NCBI GenBank assembly: GCA_033720895.1
Contig: JAWWBS010000001.1
Coordinates: forward strand, 67,310 to 131,309
Source: Gammaproteobacteria bacterium
GTDB lineage: Bacteria > Pseudomonadota > Gammaproteobacteria > Natronospirales > JAJUFS01
Length of the DNA stretch: 64,000 bases
Direction: 5' to 3'
In this document: one piece after another, positions 10,904-20,685 of the stretch
How positions within the stretch are numbered: the first letter of the stretch is position 1
How the letters are laid out: every line of letters begins with the position of its first letter
Made by a program: the position numbers and the translations under genes
The notes under the pieces: model-generated
Seen by the model: only the letters and a program-made list of their open reading frames with translations
Told to the model about the DNA's origin: nothing
Database searches by the model: none

Positions 10904-12367
10904 ATGACCGAGGCCACCCATCGCGAGCCGTCCATGCTGGACGCGCTGATACCCGTGATCGCGCTGATCGCGCTGTTGGCCAGCTCGGTCTACCTGTACG
11001 GTGCCGATTCCAGCTACGGCGCCAACCAGATCGCCCTGCTGCTGGGTGCCGGCATCGCGGCCATCATCGGCATCAAGAACGGCATCACCTGGAAAACCAT
11101 CGAAGAAGGCATCGTGCACGGCATTTCGGTCTCGCTGGGGGCGGTGCTGATCCTGCTGGCCGTGGGCTCCCTGATCGGTACCTGGATGCTGTCCGGCACC
11201 GTGCCGACCCTGATTTACTATGGCCTGAACTGGCTGAACCCCAGCATCTTCTATCCCAGCACCCTGGTCATCTGCGCCCTGGTCGGACTGTCCATCGGCA
11301 GCTCCTGGACCGTGGCCGGCACCCTCGGTATTGCGCTGATCGGTGTTGCAAGCGCCATGGGCCTGTCGCCGGCCATTACCGCCGGCGCCATCATTTCCGG
11401 CGCCTACTTCGGCGACAAGATGTCGCCGTTGTCAGACACCACCAACCTGTCACCTGCCGTCGCCGGCAGCGAGCTGTTCAATCACATCCGCCACATGATG
11501 TGGACGACGGTGCCCAGCATGCTGATCGCCCTCGTGCTGTTCACCATGGTCGGGCTCTCGGAATCGGTCGGTGTTGCCGATGCCGAATTTTCCAACATGA
11601 CCGAGGTCCTGCAGGCAAACTTCAATCTCGGCATTCACATGCTGATACCGCTGTTTCTCGTGATCTACATGGCTTTCCGGAAGATGCCGGCGTTCCCGAC
11701 CATGATGATCGGCGCGCTGGTGGGTGGCCTGTTCGCAGCAGCCTTCCAGGCGGACGAGGTCATTCGCACGGCAGCACGCGAGGATCTCGCTACCGGCATG
11801 GCCCTGCTGTCCGGCGTGTGGACCGCCTTGTTCGCCGGCTTTTCCTCCGACACCGGCAACGCCGCCGTCGATGCCCTGCTCAGCCGCGGTGGCATGGAAA
11901 GCATGCTGAACACCATCTGGCTGGTGCTCTGTGCCATGACCTTCGGCGCCGTGCTGGAAACCACCGGCATCCTGAAGAAGCTGTTGAATGCCGCGCTGAC
12001 CATGGTTCACGGCACCGGCTCGCTGATCCTCACGACGCTGCTGACCAGCTTTGGTTGCAACCTGATCGCGGCCGACCAGTACATCGCCATCGTGCTGCCT
12101 GGCCGCCTCTACCGTCTCGAGTTCCGTCGCCGCGGACTGACTCCGGTAAACCTGTCACGGGCGCTTGAAGACGCCGGCACGATCACCTCGCCCCTGATTC
12201 CCTGGAACACCTGTGGCGCCTACATGGCCGGCACGCTGGGCGTACCGACCCTGGTCTACCTGCCTTACTGCTTCTTCAACATCGTCAATCCGCTGCTCGC
12301 CGGCGCCTACGCCTGGATGAACTTCAAGGTAGAGCGCATCGAAAACGAATCGCCACAAGGCGCCTGA
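10904..12367 (+). CDS. nhaC: Na+/H+ antiporter, NhaC family
   Basis: About 487-aa polytopic protein with NhaC-like segments (GANQIALLLGAGIAAIIG, FGCNLIAADQYIAIVLPGRLY, TSPLIPWNTCGAYM). Confidence 0.9.
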   Translation: MTEATHREPSMLDALIPVIALIALLASSVYLYGADSSYGANQIALLLGAGIAAIIGIKNGITWKTIEEGIVHGISVSLGAVLILLAVGSLIGTWMLSGTVPTLIYYGLNWLNPSIFYPSTLVICALVGLSIGSSWTVAGTLGIALIGVASAMGLSPAITAGAIISGAYFGDKMSPLSDTTNLSPAVAGSELFNHIRHMMWTTVPSMLIALVLFTMVGLSESVGVADAEFSNMTEVLQANFNLGIHMLIPLFLVIYMAFRKMPAFPTMMIGALVGGLFAAAFQADEVIRTAAREDLATGMALLSGVWTALFAGFSSDTGNAAVDALLSRGGMESMLNTIWLVLCAMTFGAVLETTGILKKLLNAALTMVHGTGSLILTTLLTSFGCNLIAADQYIAIVLPGRLYRLEFRRRGLTPVNLSRALEDAGTITSPLIPWNTCGAYMAGTLGVPTLVYLPYCFFNIVNPLLAGAYAWMNFKVERIENESPQGA

Positions 12368-12374
12368 CGCGCGC

Positions 12375-12704
12375 ATGGCACGCGCCGACGAACTGCAAGC
12401 CGCGATTCGGGAACTGCTCGCCAGTGCACGCCAGCACACCCTCGCAGAGATGTTCAAGCTTGCCGATGATGCCGGCCTGCAGGATGCCGACTGGCAGGCG
12501 TGGCGGCAGCGGGGCCGTGACTATCGCAGCTGGCAACGCATGGGAGCCGCCGCTCCCGAGGCCATCGACCTCGCCAGCACCCTTGCCCGCCAGCTGCCGG
12601 ACAGCCTGCACCCCCTGGGGGATACGGAGCGAGCCGCATTCGAGCGACAGGTGAATGACATGCTGGTCGACCTCTACCGGGAATTCCTGGACAGCAAGGG
12701 CTGA
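12375..12704 (+). CDS. Hypothetical protein (109 aa)
   Basis: ORF 7 nt after the nhaC stop on the same strand. No recognisable motif. Confidence 0.5.
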   Translation: MARADELQAAIRELLASARQHTLAEMFKLADDAGLQDADWQAWRQRGRDYRSWQRMGAAAPEAIDLASTLARQLPDSLHPLGDTERAAFERQVNDMLVDLYREFLDSKG

Positions 12705-12731
12705 TGCCTCGCCAAGCCCGGGCGACCACAG

Positions 12732-13025
12732 CTAGGGCAGGAAGTACCAGATTGCCGCAGCCAGCCCGACAAGCTCGACCGCCTGCGCCAGCCAGCGCCA
12801 GGGCCGCTTCTTGAGATGACCGAGAAAACTGGCCGCACAGGCCAGCGTCAGGACGAAGAAAATTCCACAGTAAATGCTCAGTGGGCCGAATTCGCCCTTG
12901 ATGCTGGGCGCTTCCGGCCCGATAAGGGCAAAAATGAACAGGGTTACCGCTGTTCCGAGAAACAGGGCCAGGAAAGACCCCAGCAGGATCGCGTTCAGGA
13001 CGGTAATCGGTCGCATGCAGTGCAC
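12732..13025 (-). CDS. Small hypothetical membrane protein (about 3 TM)
   Basis: Three hydrophobic stretches. No family recognised. Confidence 0.55.
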   Translation of the reverse strand: MHCMRPITVLNAILLGSFLALFLGTAVTLFIFALIGPEAPSIKGEFGPLSIYCGIFFVLTLACAASFLGHLKKRPWRWLAQAVELVGLAAAIWYFLP

Positions 13026-13163
13026 CTCATCGCAGTTCGCGCAGGAAGGGTTTGAAGGAACTCCTGTTCCCGGTTATGTTCAAACTCGTCAAGGGCGATG
13101 TCTCGCCCGCCCGGCCTCCCGGGCCTTGTCTCAACCGCTTCATGCCAGAAGGTTCTTCCGATA

Positions 13164-15311
13164 ATGACGATAGCCGCCGCTTCCAGAAAATTCCTGCATA
13201 CCGCGCTGGCCAGCGCCGTTGTCACGCTGAGCCTGTCTGCGAGCCTGCCATCCCTGGCCGGCACGCCGGCGGACAGCAACAGTGCCGCAGGCCTGCCGGA
13301 ACTGCAGCCACAACCGCAGCAGGGCATCATCGAGCAGTTGATCGCGCGGTATTATGCAGCGAATTACCACTTCAATGCACCGAGCCTGGACGACGGCCTG
13401 TCCGAGGCCTTCTACAATCGCTTTCTCGAAGTCCTGGACCCGTCCCGGGTCTACTTCACGGCAGAAGATGTTTCCGACTTCGACAAGTATCGCCTGGAAC
13501 TCGACGATGCACTGAAGGACGGGCGCACCGAGCCTGCCTACGAAATCTATGGCGCCTTCCGCAACAAGGTGCTGGCCCGTATCGAGAAGATCGATGCGCT
13601 GCTGCAGACCCGTCCCGACTTCACCGTCGAGGAATCCTTCACGTTCGACCGCAGCAATGTCGAATGGGCCGCCACCGAAAAGGAACTGGACGACTACTGG
13701 CGCAAGCGCATCAAGAACGAGGCCATCGGCCTGTTGATGTCGAACAAGAGCTGGGAAGAAGCAGCCGACACGCTGAGCACGCGCTACGACAATTTCCGAC
13801 GACGGGTGATGCAGGTGAACAGCGAGGACGTGTTCGACCTGTTCATCAATGCCTACGCCACCATGCTGGACCCGCATACCACCTACTTCTCGCCGCGTGA
13901 CTCGGAAGAGTTCCGGATTCGCATGAGCCTGTCCTATGAGGGTATCGGCGCTTCGCTGCAGGCCGATGGCGAATACGTCAAGATCGTGCGCCTGCTGCCG
14001 GGCGGCTCGGCCGAAAAGAGTGGCAAGCTGGACCCGGACGACCGCATTACGGCAGTCGGCCAGGACGATGGCGAGCTGGTCGATGTCGTCGGCTGGCGCC
14101 TGGATGATGTCGTGGACCTGATTCGTGGCCCGAAGGACTCCGTGGTCCGCCTGCAGGTCCTGCCCGCAGGCCGTGCGCCAGGCGGTGACGAAACGGTCAT
14201 CCAGCTGACCCGCAGCGAAATCCAGCTGGAAGAACAGGCCGCCCAGGCCGAAACCATCACGATTCCGCGCAGCGGTGGCGAAGCCAGCATCGGCGTCATC
14301 GAGATTCCGACTTTCTACCAGGACACGCGGGCTCGCGACATGGGACTGGACGACTATCGGAGCACCACCCGTGATGTACGCAAGCTGATCGAACAGTTGT
14401 CGGAAGACGGTGTGGATGGCTTGATCATCGACCTGCGCAACAACGGTGGCGGCCTCCTGAACGAAGCGACCGACCTGACGGGCCTGTTCATCGACCGCGG
14501 CCCGGTGGTGCAGATCAAGAACACCCTTGGAAGCCTGGAAATCCAGGAAGACCTGGACGCCGGCGTGGCCTGGGATGGGCCGCTGGTGGTACTGGTCAAT
14601 CGCTTCAGCGCCTCCTCTTCCGAGATCTTTGCCGGTGCGATCCAGGATTATGGTCGTGGACTGGTCGTCGGCAGCACCACTTACGGCAAGGGCACGGTGC
14701 AGACCCTGTTCCCGCTCAACCGCCACCAGATGGAAATCAACACGCAGGCCGATCTCGGTCAGCTGAAGATGACCCTCGGCAAGTTCTACCGGGTAACGGG
14801 CTCGAGCACCCAGCACCGTGGCGTCGTGCCGGATATCACCCTGCCCTCGCCCATCGATCCCGAGGATTTCGGTGAAAGCGCCCAGCCGACGGCCCTGCCC
14901 TGGGACGAGATCCCGGCTGCCGACGGCATCCAGGAAGTCCGGGTGCCTGCCCTTGACCTACTGCCGGAGGTACGCCAGCGCATCGCCGAGCGCCAGTCCG
15001 AAGATGCCGTGTTCCAGGCCTATGTGAGCGATATCGAAGCCCAGCGCGCGCTTCGCGCCCAGCAAACCGTCTCCCTGAACCTCAAGGAACGCCGCCTGGA
15101 GCGAGACCAGCGTGAAGCCGCTGCCCTGGAACGGCTCAATGCCCGTCGAGCCGCACGTGGACTGGACGCCGTCGACTCCCTGGAAGACGCTGCCGAAGAG
15201 GACCGCGAGTACGACGTCATCCGCCACGAGGCTGCCCGGATCATGGCGGACTACCTGGCCGAGCTGATGCCGCCGCATCGGACCGAGTCCCTGGCTAGCG
15301 CTCGCCCCTGA
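13164..15311 (+). CDS. prc: Tail-specific (C-terminal processing) protease Prc, peptidase S41
   Basis: PDZ-like segment GIGASLQADGEYVKIVRLLPGGSAEKSG, plus IIDLRNNGGGLL and NRFSASSSEIFAGAIQDYGRG, the S41 Ser/Lys region. Length is about 715 aa. Confidence 0.94.
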   Translation: MTIAAASRKFLHTALASAVVTLSLSASLPSLAGTPADSNSAAGLPELQPQPQQGIIEQLIARYYAANYHFNAPSLDDGLSEAFYNRFLEVLDPSRVYFTAEDVSDFDKYRLELDDALKDGRTEPAYEIYGAFRNKVLARIEKIDALLQTRPDFTVEESFTFDRSNVEWAATEKELDDYWRKRIKNEAIGLLMSNKSWEEAADTLSTRYDNFRRRVMQVNSEDVFDLFINAYATMLDPHTTYFSPRDSEEFRIRMSLSYEGIGASLQADGEYVKIVRLLPGGSAEKSGKLDPDDRITAVGQDDGELVDVVGWRLDDVVDLIRGPKDSVVRLQVLPAGRAPGGDETVIQLTRSEIQLEEQAAQAETITIPRSGGEASIGVIEIPTFYQDTRARDMGLDDYRSTTRDVRKLIEQLSEDGVDGLIIDLRNNGGGLLNEATDLTGLFIDRGPVVQIKNTLGSLEIQEDLDAGVAWDGPLVVLVNRFSASSSEIFAGAIQDYGRGLVVGSTTYGKGTVQTLFPLNRHQMEINTQADLGQLKMTLGKFYRVTGSSTQHRGVVPDITLPSPIDPEDFGESAQPTALPWDEIPAADGIQEVRVPALDLLPEVRQRIAERQSEDAVFQAYVSDIEAQRALRAQQTVSLNLKERRLERDQREAAALERLNARRAARGLDAVDSLEDAAEEDREYDVIRHEAARIMADYLAELMPPHRTESLASARP

Positions 15312-15337
15312 GCCTCGTTCCGCGCTTCATCCCCACG

Positions 15338-15368
15338 AGAAACCCTGGCATGCCAGGGTTTTTCTTTA
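15338..15368 (+). terminator. Rho-independent terminator after prc
   Basis: AACCCTGGCA/TGCCAGGGTT perfect hairpin followed by TTTTTCTTT. Confidence 0.85.
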
Positions 15369-15416
15369 AATAAATCAATAAGTTGTGAATTCTCTTCAAG
15401 TTTCTCTCGATCCGAC

Positions 15417-15444
15417 TTGCAGCCCTGTATTTTGGTGTTATACT
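15417..15444 (+). promoter_or_regulatory. Candidate sigma70 promoter of the RND operon
   Basis: TTGCAG-N16-TATACT with TG one base upstream of the -10 (extended -10 form), inside a stretch of about 35 % GC. It predicts a leader of about 110 nt. Confidence 0.4.
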
Positions 15445-15561
15445 TCTCTACAACACTAGCATGATAAATGGCTCAGCAAATACCCGGTTTTTTTCCTTCT
15501 GAAGGGGAATGTTTTGCAGGGCAACGTGTCATAAGTTCCGTCGCTATCGAGGACTACGGAA

Positions 15562-16686
15562 ATGAATCAGAAAATTGCGCGAATCACCGTTCTGCCGCTC
15601 ATCATCCTGTTCGGCCTTGCGGCCTGCGGTCCGGGAGGCCCCGGTGGCAAGCGCGGTGCGGACAAGGATGAAGAAAAGGAAGTCAGCGTTCCGGTCGAGA
15701 CCGCGCTGGTCAAGCGCGGCGATGTCAGTGCCGCCTATTCCGGCACCGCCACCCTGGAATCGGAGCAGGACGCCGAAGTGGTTGCCCGTGTCAGCGGCCT
15801 GGTCGAGGAAATTTTTGTCGAACAGGGTGACACCGTGGTCGCCGGCCAGGTACTGGCGCGCCTCGATGATGATCGCCTGCGGCTTGAAGTGCAGCGCGCC
15901 GAGGCCAACCTCCGCAAGCTGGAGCAGGAGTACCAGCGCAACAAGGAACTCTACGAGCGCCAGCTGGTCAGCGGCGAGGCCTATGAGAGGCTGAGCTATG
16001 ACGTCGAGTCCATGCGCGCCGACCTGGAACTCGCACGCCTGCAGCTGCAGTACACCGAAATCCGGGCGCCCTTCGATGGCCTGGTCGCCGAACGCTTCAT
16101 CAAGATCGGCAACCTGGTCCAGCAAAATGCCATTACCTTCCGCGTCACGGATTACGATCCGCTGCTGGCCAAGCTCTATGTGCCGGAGCGCGAACTGTTC
16201 AAGCTGAAGGATGGCCAGCTGTCGCAGATTCGCGTCGACTCGCTGCCCGACCAGGTATTCCAGGGCGAGATCGACCGCGTCAGCCCGGTCGTTGACGCCA
16301 CCACGGGCACGTTCACCGTGACTGTTGCGGTCAGTGACGAACAGCGCCTGCTGAAGCCAGGCATGTTCGGCCGCGTCAACATCATCTATGACGTTCACCA
16401 GGATGCCGTGCTCGCACCTCGCAATGCCATCCTTACCGAGGACGCCAAGCAATCGGTGTTCATCGTGAACGACGGCACGGCCACCATGCGTACCGTGAAG
16501 ACCGGCTACATCAACAACGGCTCCATCGAAATTCTCGAAGGTCTCGAACCGGGTGACGAAATCGTCACTGTCGGCCAGAACGCCTTGAAAGATGGCGCCA
16601 AGGTGGCCGTCATCGGTGAATCCATGCCCCAGAACGACCCTGCGGGCGCGGAAGAAGCCGAAACCAAGGTTGCCTCGGCCGACTGA
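15562..16686 (+). CDS. Efflux RND periplasmic adaptor (membrane fusion protein)
   Basis: Lipobox LAAC, followed by the biotinyl-lipoyl/hairpin pattern (VSGLVEEIFVEQGDTVVAGQVLARLD, YTEIRAPFDGLV). Confidence 0.93.
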   Translation: MNQKIARITVLPLIILFGLAACGPGGPGGKRGADKDEEKEVSVPVETALVKRGDVSAAYSGTATLESEQDAEVVARVSGLVEEIFVEQGDTVVAGQVLARLDDDRLRLEVQRAEANLRKLEQEYQRNKELYERQLVSGEAYERLSYDVESMRADLELARLQLQYTEIRAPFDGLVAERFIKIGNLVQQNAITFRVTDYDPLLAKLYVPERELFKLKDGQLSQIRVDSLPDQVFQGEIDRVSPVVDATTGTFTVTVAVSDEQRLLKPGMFGRVNIIYDVHQDAVLAPRNAILTEDAKQSVFIVNDGTATMRTVKTGYINNGSIEILEGLEPGDEIVTVGQNALKDGAKVAVIGESMPQNDPAGAEEAETKVASAD

Positions 16687-16724
16687 AGGCCTGACGGCAC
16701 ACTGCAGAAACAGGGGAGCGAAGC

Positions 16725-17327
16725 ATGAACAGCCGCACACGCAACAACACGGTTTCATTCACGACAGCAGTCCTGGTGGGCATCGGCCTTGCGACAAGTC
16801 CGGCTGCGCTGGCCGGTCATCATGACCATGACGAAGTGCACTATGATTTCGACAACAACAACGTCTGCGATGACCGCCTTGAAAAGGCGACCGGCCACAA
16901 CTCCGTCACCTTCGACTTCGACAATGGCGACCTCTACATCGACATCGACCATGAAGAGATGCTGATCATCACTGCCGACGACGATGTCATCTACAAAGGA
17001 AAGTCCCTTGAATTGACCGCACGCGGGCGAGAACTCGCCGGGGATTACCGGCGCGTCTTCCGTCGCGTACAGGATGATGTCTTCGACCTCGTCGGCGATG
17101 CCACGGCCTTCGGCATCTCCACCGCAACCGAAGCCATCGTTTCGGTGTTTACCGGCGCCGACATGGACGAGTTCGAAGCGAAAACCGAAGAAAAGGCTGC
17201 CGAACTCGAAGCGCAGGCAGAGAAGATGTGCGAGCGGGTCCTCGAAATCGAACCCATCGAGGCCGAGATGGCGCGTGAAATCGACGGCTTCCAGCCTGTG
17301 ATCTTCATGCCGAAAGACGTCATCTGA
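16725..17327 (+). CDS. Secreted DUF2884 (YggN)-like protein with His-rich N-terminus
   Basis: Signal peptide ...SPAALA, then GHHDHDEVH. DLYIDIDHEEMLIITADDDVIYKGKSLELTARGRELAGDYRRVF and the C-terminal ...C..V...IDGFQPVIF resemble E. coli YggN as I remember it. Confidence 0.6.
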   Translation: MNSRTRNNTVSFTTAVLVGIGLATSPAALAGHHDHDEVHYDFDNNNVCDDRLEKATGHNSVTFDFDNGDLYIDIDHEEMLIITADDDVIYKGKSLELTARGRELAGDYRRVFRRVQDDVFDLVGDATAFGISTATEAIVSVFTGADMDEFEAKTEEKAAELEAQAEKMCERVLEIEPIEAEMAREIDGFQPVIFMPKDVI

Positions 17328-17405
17328 AGCAAGTACTCCCGGTTTCAACGGCCCGGACTCGGGCGCCCGGATAAAAGAACAATTACCAGGAAGCATTGAA
17401 GCCCC

Positions 17406-20400
17406 ATGAAAATCGTCGACTTTGCGACCCGCCGCCGCGTCACCATCCTGATGTTCACCGTGGCCGTCATGGTCTTCGGCTTCGTGTCCCAGGACAGGCT
17501 GAGCGTGAATCTGCTGCCGGAACTGTCCTATCCGACCATCACCGTCAGGACCGAGCTGACCGGTGCGGCGCCGCAGGAAATCGAAAACCTGATCACCAAG
17601 CCGATCGAAGAAGCCGTCGGCATCATCAAGGGCGTGCGTCGCGTCACTTCGGTATCGCGAACCGGCCAGTCCGACGTCACGCTTGAATTCGCCTGGGGCA
17701 CGGACATGGACTTCGCCGGTGTCGATATCAGGGATCGGCTCGACATCCTGACCCTGCCGCTCGATGCGGAGCAACCGGTCCTGCTGCGCTTCGACCCCTC
17801 CTCCGACCCCGTGCTGCGCTACGGCTTTGCCGTGAAGTCCGACCAGTCCAGCGACATTTCTCCCGAGGATCGTCTCAAGCAGCTGCGTCGCTATGCCGAC
17901 GAACAGTTGAAAAAGGATCTCGAGTCGATCGACGGTGTTGCTGCCGTGAAAATCAGCGGCGGCCTCGAAGATGAGATCCAGGTACTGGTCGACCAGACCC
18001 GACTCGCCCAGCTGCAGATTCCGATCGAGACGGTTGCTGCCAGGCTGCGCGCGGAAAACGTGAATCTCTCCGGTGGTCGCCTCGAGGATGGCAACCAGGA
18101 ATACCTGGTACGGACAATCAACGAATTCACCTCCATCGAGGAGATGCAGAATGCCATCATCACGACCACCGATGATCGCACCATCTACCTGCGCGACATC
18201 GCTACCGTTCGGCAAGGCTACAAGGAACGGGAAGCCATCACGCGCATCAACGGCGAGGAAGCTGTCGAGGTCGCGCTGTACAAGGAAGGCGACGCGAATA
18301 CCGTCAAGGTGGCGGAAGATGTGGCTCGCCGGGTTGCCAGCGTAAAACGCAAGCTTCCCGAGCAGTACGACCTGACCAAGGTCTATGACCAGTCGGTCTT
18401 CATCTCCCAGGCGATCTCCGAGGTCGTCAATGCTGCCGTGATCGGCGGCCTGCTGGCAGCGCTGGTGATTTTCTTCTTCCTGCGAAACATCTGGGCCACG
18501 CTGATCATATCGGTCAGCATCCCGGTGTCGGTCATCGCGACCTTCATCATGATGTATTTCAACAGCGTTTCCCTGAACATCATGTCGCTCGGCGGCATCG
18601 CGCTTGCCGTCGGCATGCTGGTCGACAACGCCATCGTGGTGCTGGAAAACATCGCCAGGCATCGCGGCATGGGCAAGGACAACGAGAAGGCAGCGCGTGA
18701 GGGCACCAGCGAAGTCGGCATGGCGATCTTCGCGTCCACGCTGACAACCATCGCCGTGTTCTTTCCGCTGGTATTCGTACAGGGCATTGCCGGACAGCTG
18801 TTCAGTGATCAGTCCCTGACGGTTACCTTTGCACTGGCCTTCTCGCTGGTAGTCGCGCTGACCCTGATCCCGATGCTTTCTGCCATCCGCACCCGTCCCC
18901 TGTCGGAAGTGGAACAGGACCAGGCGCTGCACCCGGTCACGGGGCTCTGGCAGGCACATCGCCAGGAGCGTGGCTTCGGGCGCTGGATCCGCCTGCCCTT
19001 CCGTCTCGTCGGCATGTTTTTCGCCGGTGTCATCTACCTGCTGTTCAAGCTGCTGTTGTCGGCCTGGCGATTGCTGGTGGTCATCATCGGCATTCCAATG
19101 CGCTATCCGGTCGCAGGATTCCAGCGCTATTACCAGCGCATGGACGACGGCTACCCGGGCCTGCTGCGCTGGGCACTGAACAACCGGTTCACCGTGCTTG
19201 GCACTGCCTTCACCACGTTCGCCGTGAGCATTGCGATGATTCCCATGCTGGGCGTCGAGCTGATTCCGCAGCTTTCCCAGGGTGAGTACCACGCCGAAGT
19301 CAAGCTGCCGCCGGGCTCGCCCCTGGAGGAGACCGATGCCGTGATGCAACGCCTCGGTGCCGCCGCGCGCGAACAGCAGCAGATTGCAACAACCTATTCG
19401 GTCGCGGGCACCGGTAACCGCCTCGATGCCAGTCCCATCGATGCAGGCGAAAATGCCGGCAAGCTGAATGTGGTGCTGAAGGGTGCGCTCGGTCCTGAAC
19501 AGGAAGAAGCCAGCATCGACCAGCTGCGACGCGTCCTGAATACCGTTCCCGGACTGGAGTACAAATTCGGACGACCGGCACTGTTCACGTTCGATACACC
19601 GCTGGAAATCGAGATCAGCGGCTATGACATCGACCAGTTGAAACGGACCAGTGATGCACTTGTACGCCGCATGGGCGAAAACGATCGCTTTTCCGACATC
19701 AAGAATACCCTGCAGATCGGTGCCCCCGAAGTGCAGATCAATTTCGACCATGAACGTGCGGCCCAGCTCGGACTGAACGTCAGCGACATTGCCAATCGCA
19801 TCGTGACCAAGATCCGTGGCGACGTTGCCACGCGTTACACCTGGCGAGATCGCAAGATCGACGTGCTGATTCGCACGCAGGAAGACCAGCGCGCATCGGT
19901 GGATGAAATCAGCCGCCTGATCGTCAACCCGCAGTCGGCACGACCGGTTTCGCTGTCGGCGGTGGCCGATATCGAGGTGGGGCTCGGCCCCTCCGAAATC
20001 CGTCGGGCCAACCAGCAGCGGATCGCCTTGATTACCGCCAACCTCGGCTATGGCGACCTGGGCGCTGCCGTTACCGAAGTCAACGCGATTCTCGATGACA
20101 TGGCCATACCGCCGCAGCTGACCGCGACAGTCACGGGCCAGAGCGAAGACATGAAGATTGCTTTCGAATCCATGCAGTTCGCGCTGCTGCTGGCAATCTT
20201 CCTGGTCTACCTGGTGATGGCTTCGCAGTTCGAATCCCTGCTGCACCCGTTTGTCATCCTGTTCACCATTCCGCTGGCGCTGACCGGTGCGATCTTCGCA
20301 CTGCTGCTGACCAACTCGACCATCAGCGTGGTGGTATTCATCGGTCTCATCATGCTGGCGGGCATCGTGGTCAACAACGCCATCGTGCTGGTGGACATGA

Positions 20401-20675
20401 TCAACCAGTTACGCCTGGGCGGCATGGACAAGGTCAGTGCCATCATCGAAGCAGGCCATGCGCGCCTGCGGCCCATCATCATGACCACCTTGACGACTGC
20501 GCTAGGCCTGCTTCCCATGGCCATCGGCCTTGGCGAAGGCTCGGAGATTCGCACGCCCATGGCAATCACCGTGATTGGCGGCCTGGTCTTCTCGACGCTG
20601 CTGACACTGGTCGTCATCCCGGTGATGTATGCGGTCATCGATCGCAAGCGCATCCTTCCCGAGCGGCAGGCCTGA
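17406..20675 (+). CDS. RND efflux permease (1089 aa), first of a tandem pair
   Basis: 12-TM/2-loop architecture. RRRVTILMFTVAVMVFG at the N-terminus and TM4 motif GMLVDNAIVVLENI. Confidence 0.96.
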   Translation: MKIVDFATRRRVTILMFTVAVMVFGFVSQDRLSVNLLPELSYPTITVRTELTGAAPQEIENLITKPIEEAVGIIKGVRRVTSVSRTGQSDVTLEFAWGTDMDFAGVDIRDRLDILTLPLDAEQPVLLRFDPSSDPVLRYGFAVKSDQSSDISPEDRLKQLRRYADEQLKKDLESIDGVAAVKISGGLEDEIQVLVDQTRLAQLQIPIETVAARLRAENVNLSGGRLEDGNQEYLVRTINEFTSIEEMQNAIITTTDDRTIYLRDIATVRQGYKEREAITRINGEEAVEVALYKEGDANTVKVAEDVARRVASVKRKLPEQYDLTKVYDQSVFISQAISEVVNAAVIGGLLAALVIFFFLRNIWATLIISVSIPVSVIATFIMMYFNSVSLNIMSLGGIALAVGMLVDNAIVVLENIARHRGMGKDNEKAAREGTSEVGMAIFASTLTTIAVFFPLVFVQGIAGQLFSDQSLTVTFALAFSLVVALTLIPMLSAIRTRPLSEVEQDQALHPVTGLWQAHRQERGFGRWIRLPFRLVGMFFAGVIYLLFKLLLSAWRLLVVIIGIPMRYPVAGFQRYYQRMDDGYPGLLRWALNNRFTVLGTAFTTFAVSIAMIPMLGVELIPQLSQGEYHAEVKLPPGSPLEETDAVMQRLGAAAREQQQIATTYSVAGTGNRLDASPIDAGENAGKLNVVLKGALGPEQEEASIDQLRRVLNTVPGLEYKFGRPALFTFDTPLEIEISGYDIDQLKRTSDALVRRMGENDRFSDIKNTLQIGAPEVQINFDHERAAQLGLNVSDIANRIVTKIRGDVATRYTWRDRKIDVLIRTQEDQRASVDEISRLIVNPQSARPVSLSAVADIEVGLGPSEIRRANQQRIALITANLGYGDLGAAVTEVNAILDDMAIPPQLTATVTGQSEDMKIAFESMQFALLLAIFLVYLVMASQFESLLHPFVILFTIPLALTGAIFALLLTNSTISVVVFIGLIMLAGIVVNNAIVLVDMINQLRLGGMDKVSAIIEAGHARLRPIIMTTLTTALGLLPMAIGLGEGSEIRTPMAITVIGGLVFSTLLTLVVIPVMYAVIDRKRILPERQA

Positions 20676-20685
20676 GGAAACGACC

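Noticed and set aside
16755-20246. 1163-aa ORF antisense to the first RND permease. Similar long antisense or out-of-frame ORFs occur at 502-2838, 3670-5178, 13140-14816, 21742-23472, 26133-28247, 37931-39757, 46287-48686 and 59726-61723.
   Set aside because: They lie entirely opposite or out of frame to genes with unmistakable family motifs. Their translations are Arg/Ala/Gly/His-rich and low in complexity, with no motifs, which is typical of stop-codon-poor frames in high-GC DNA.
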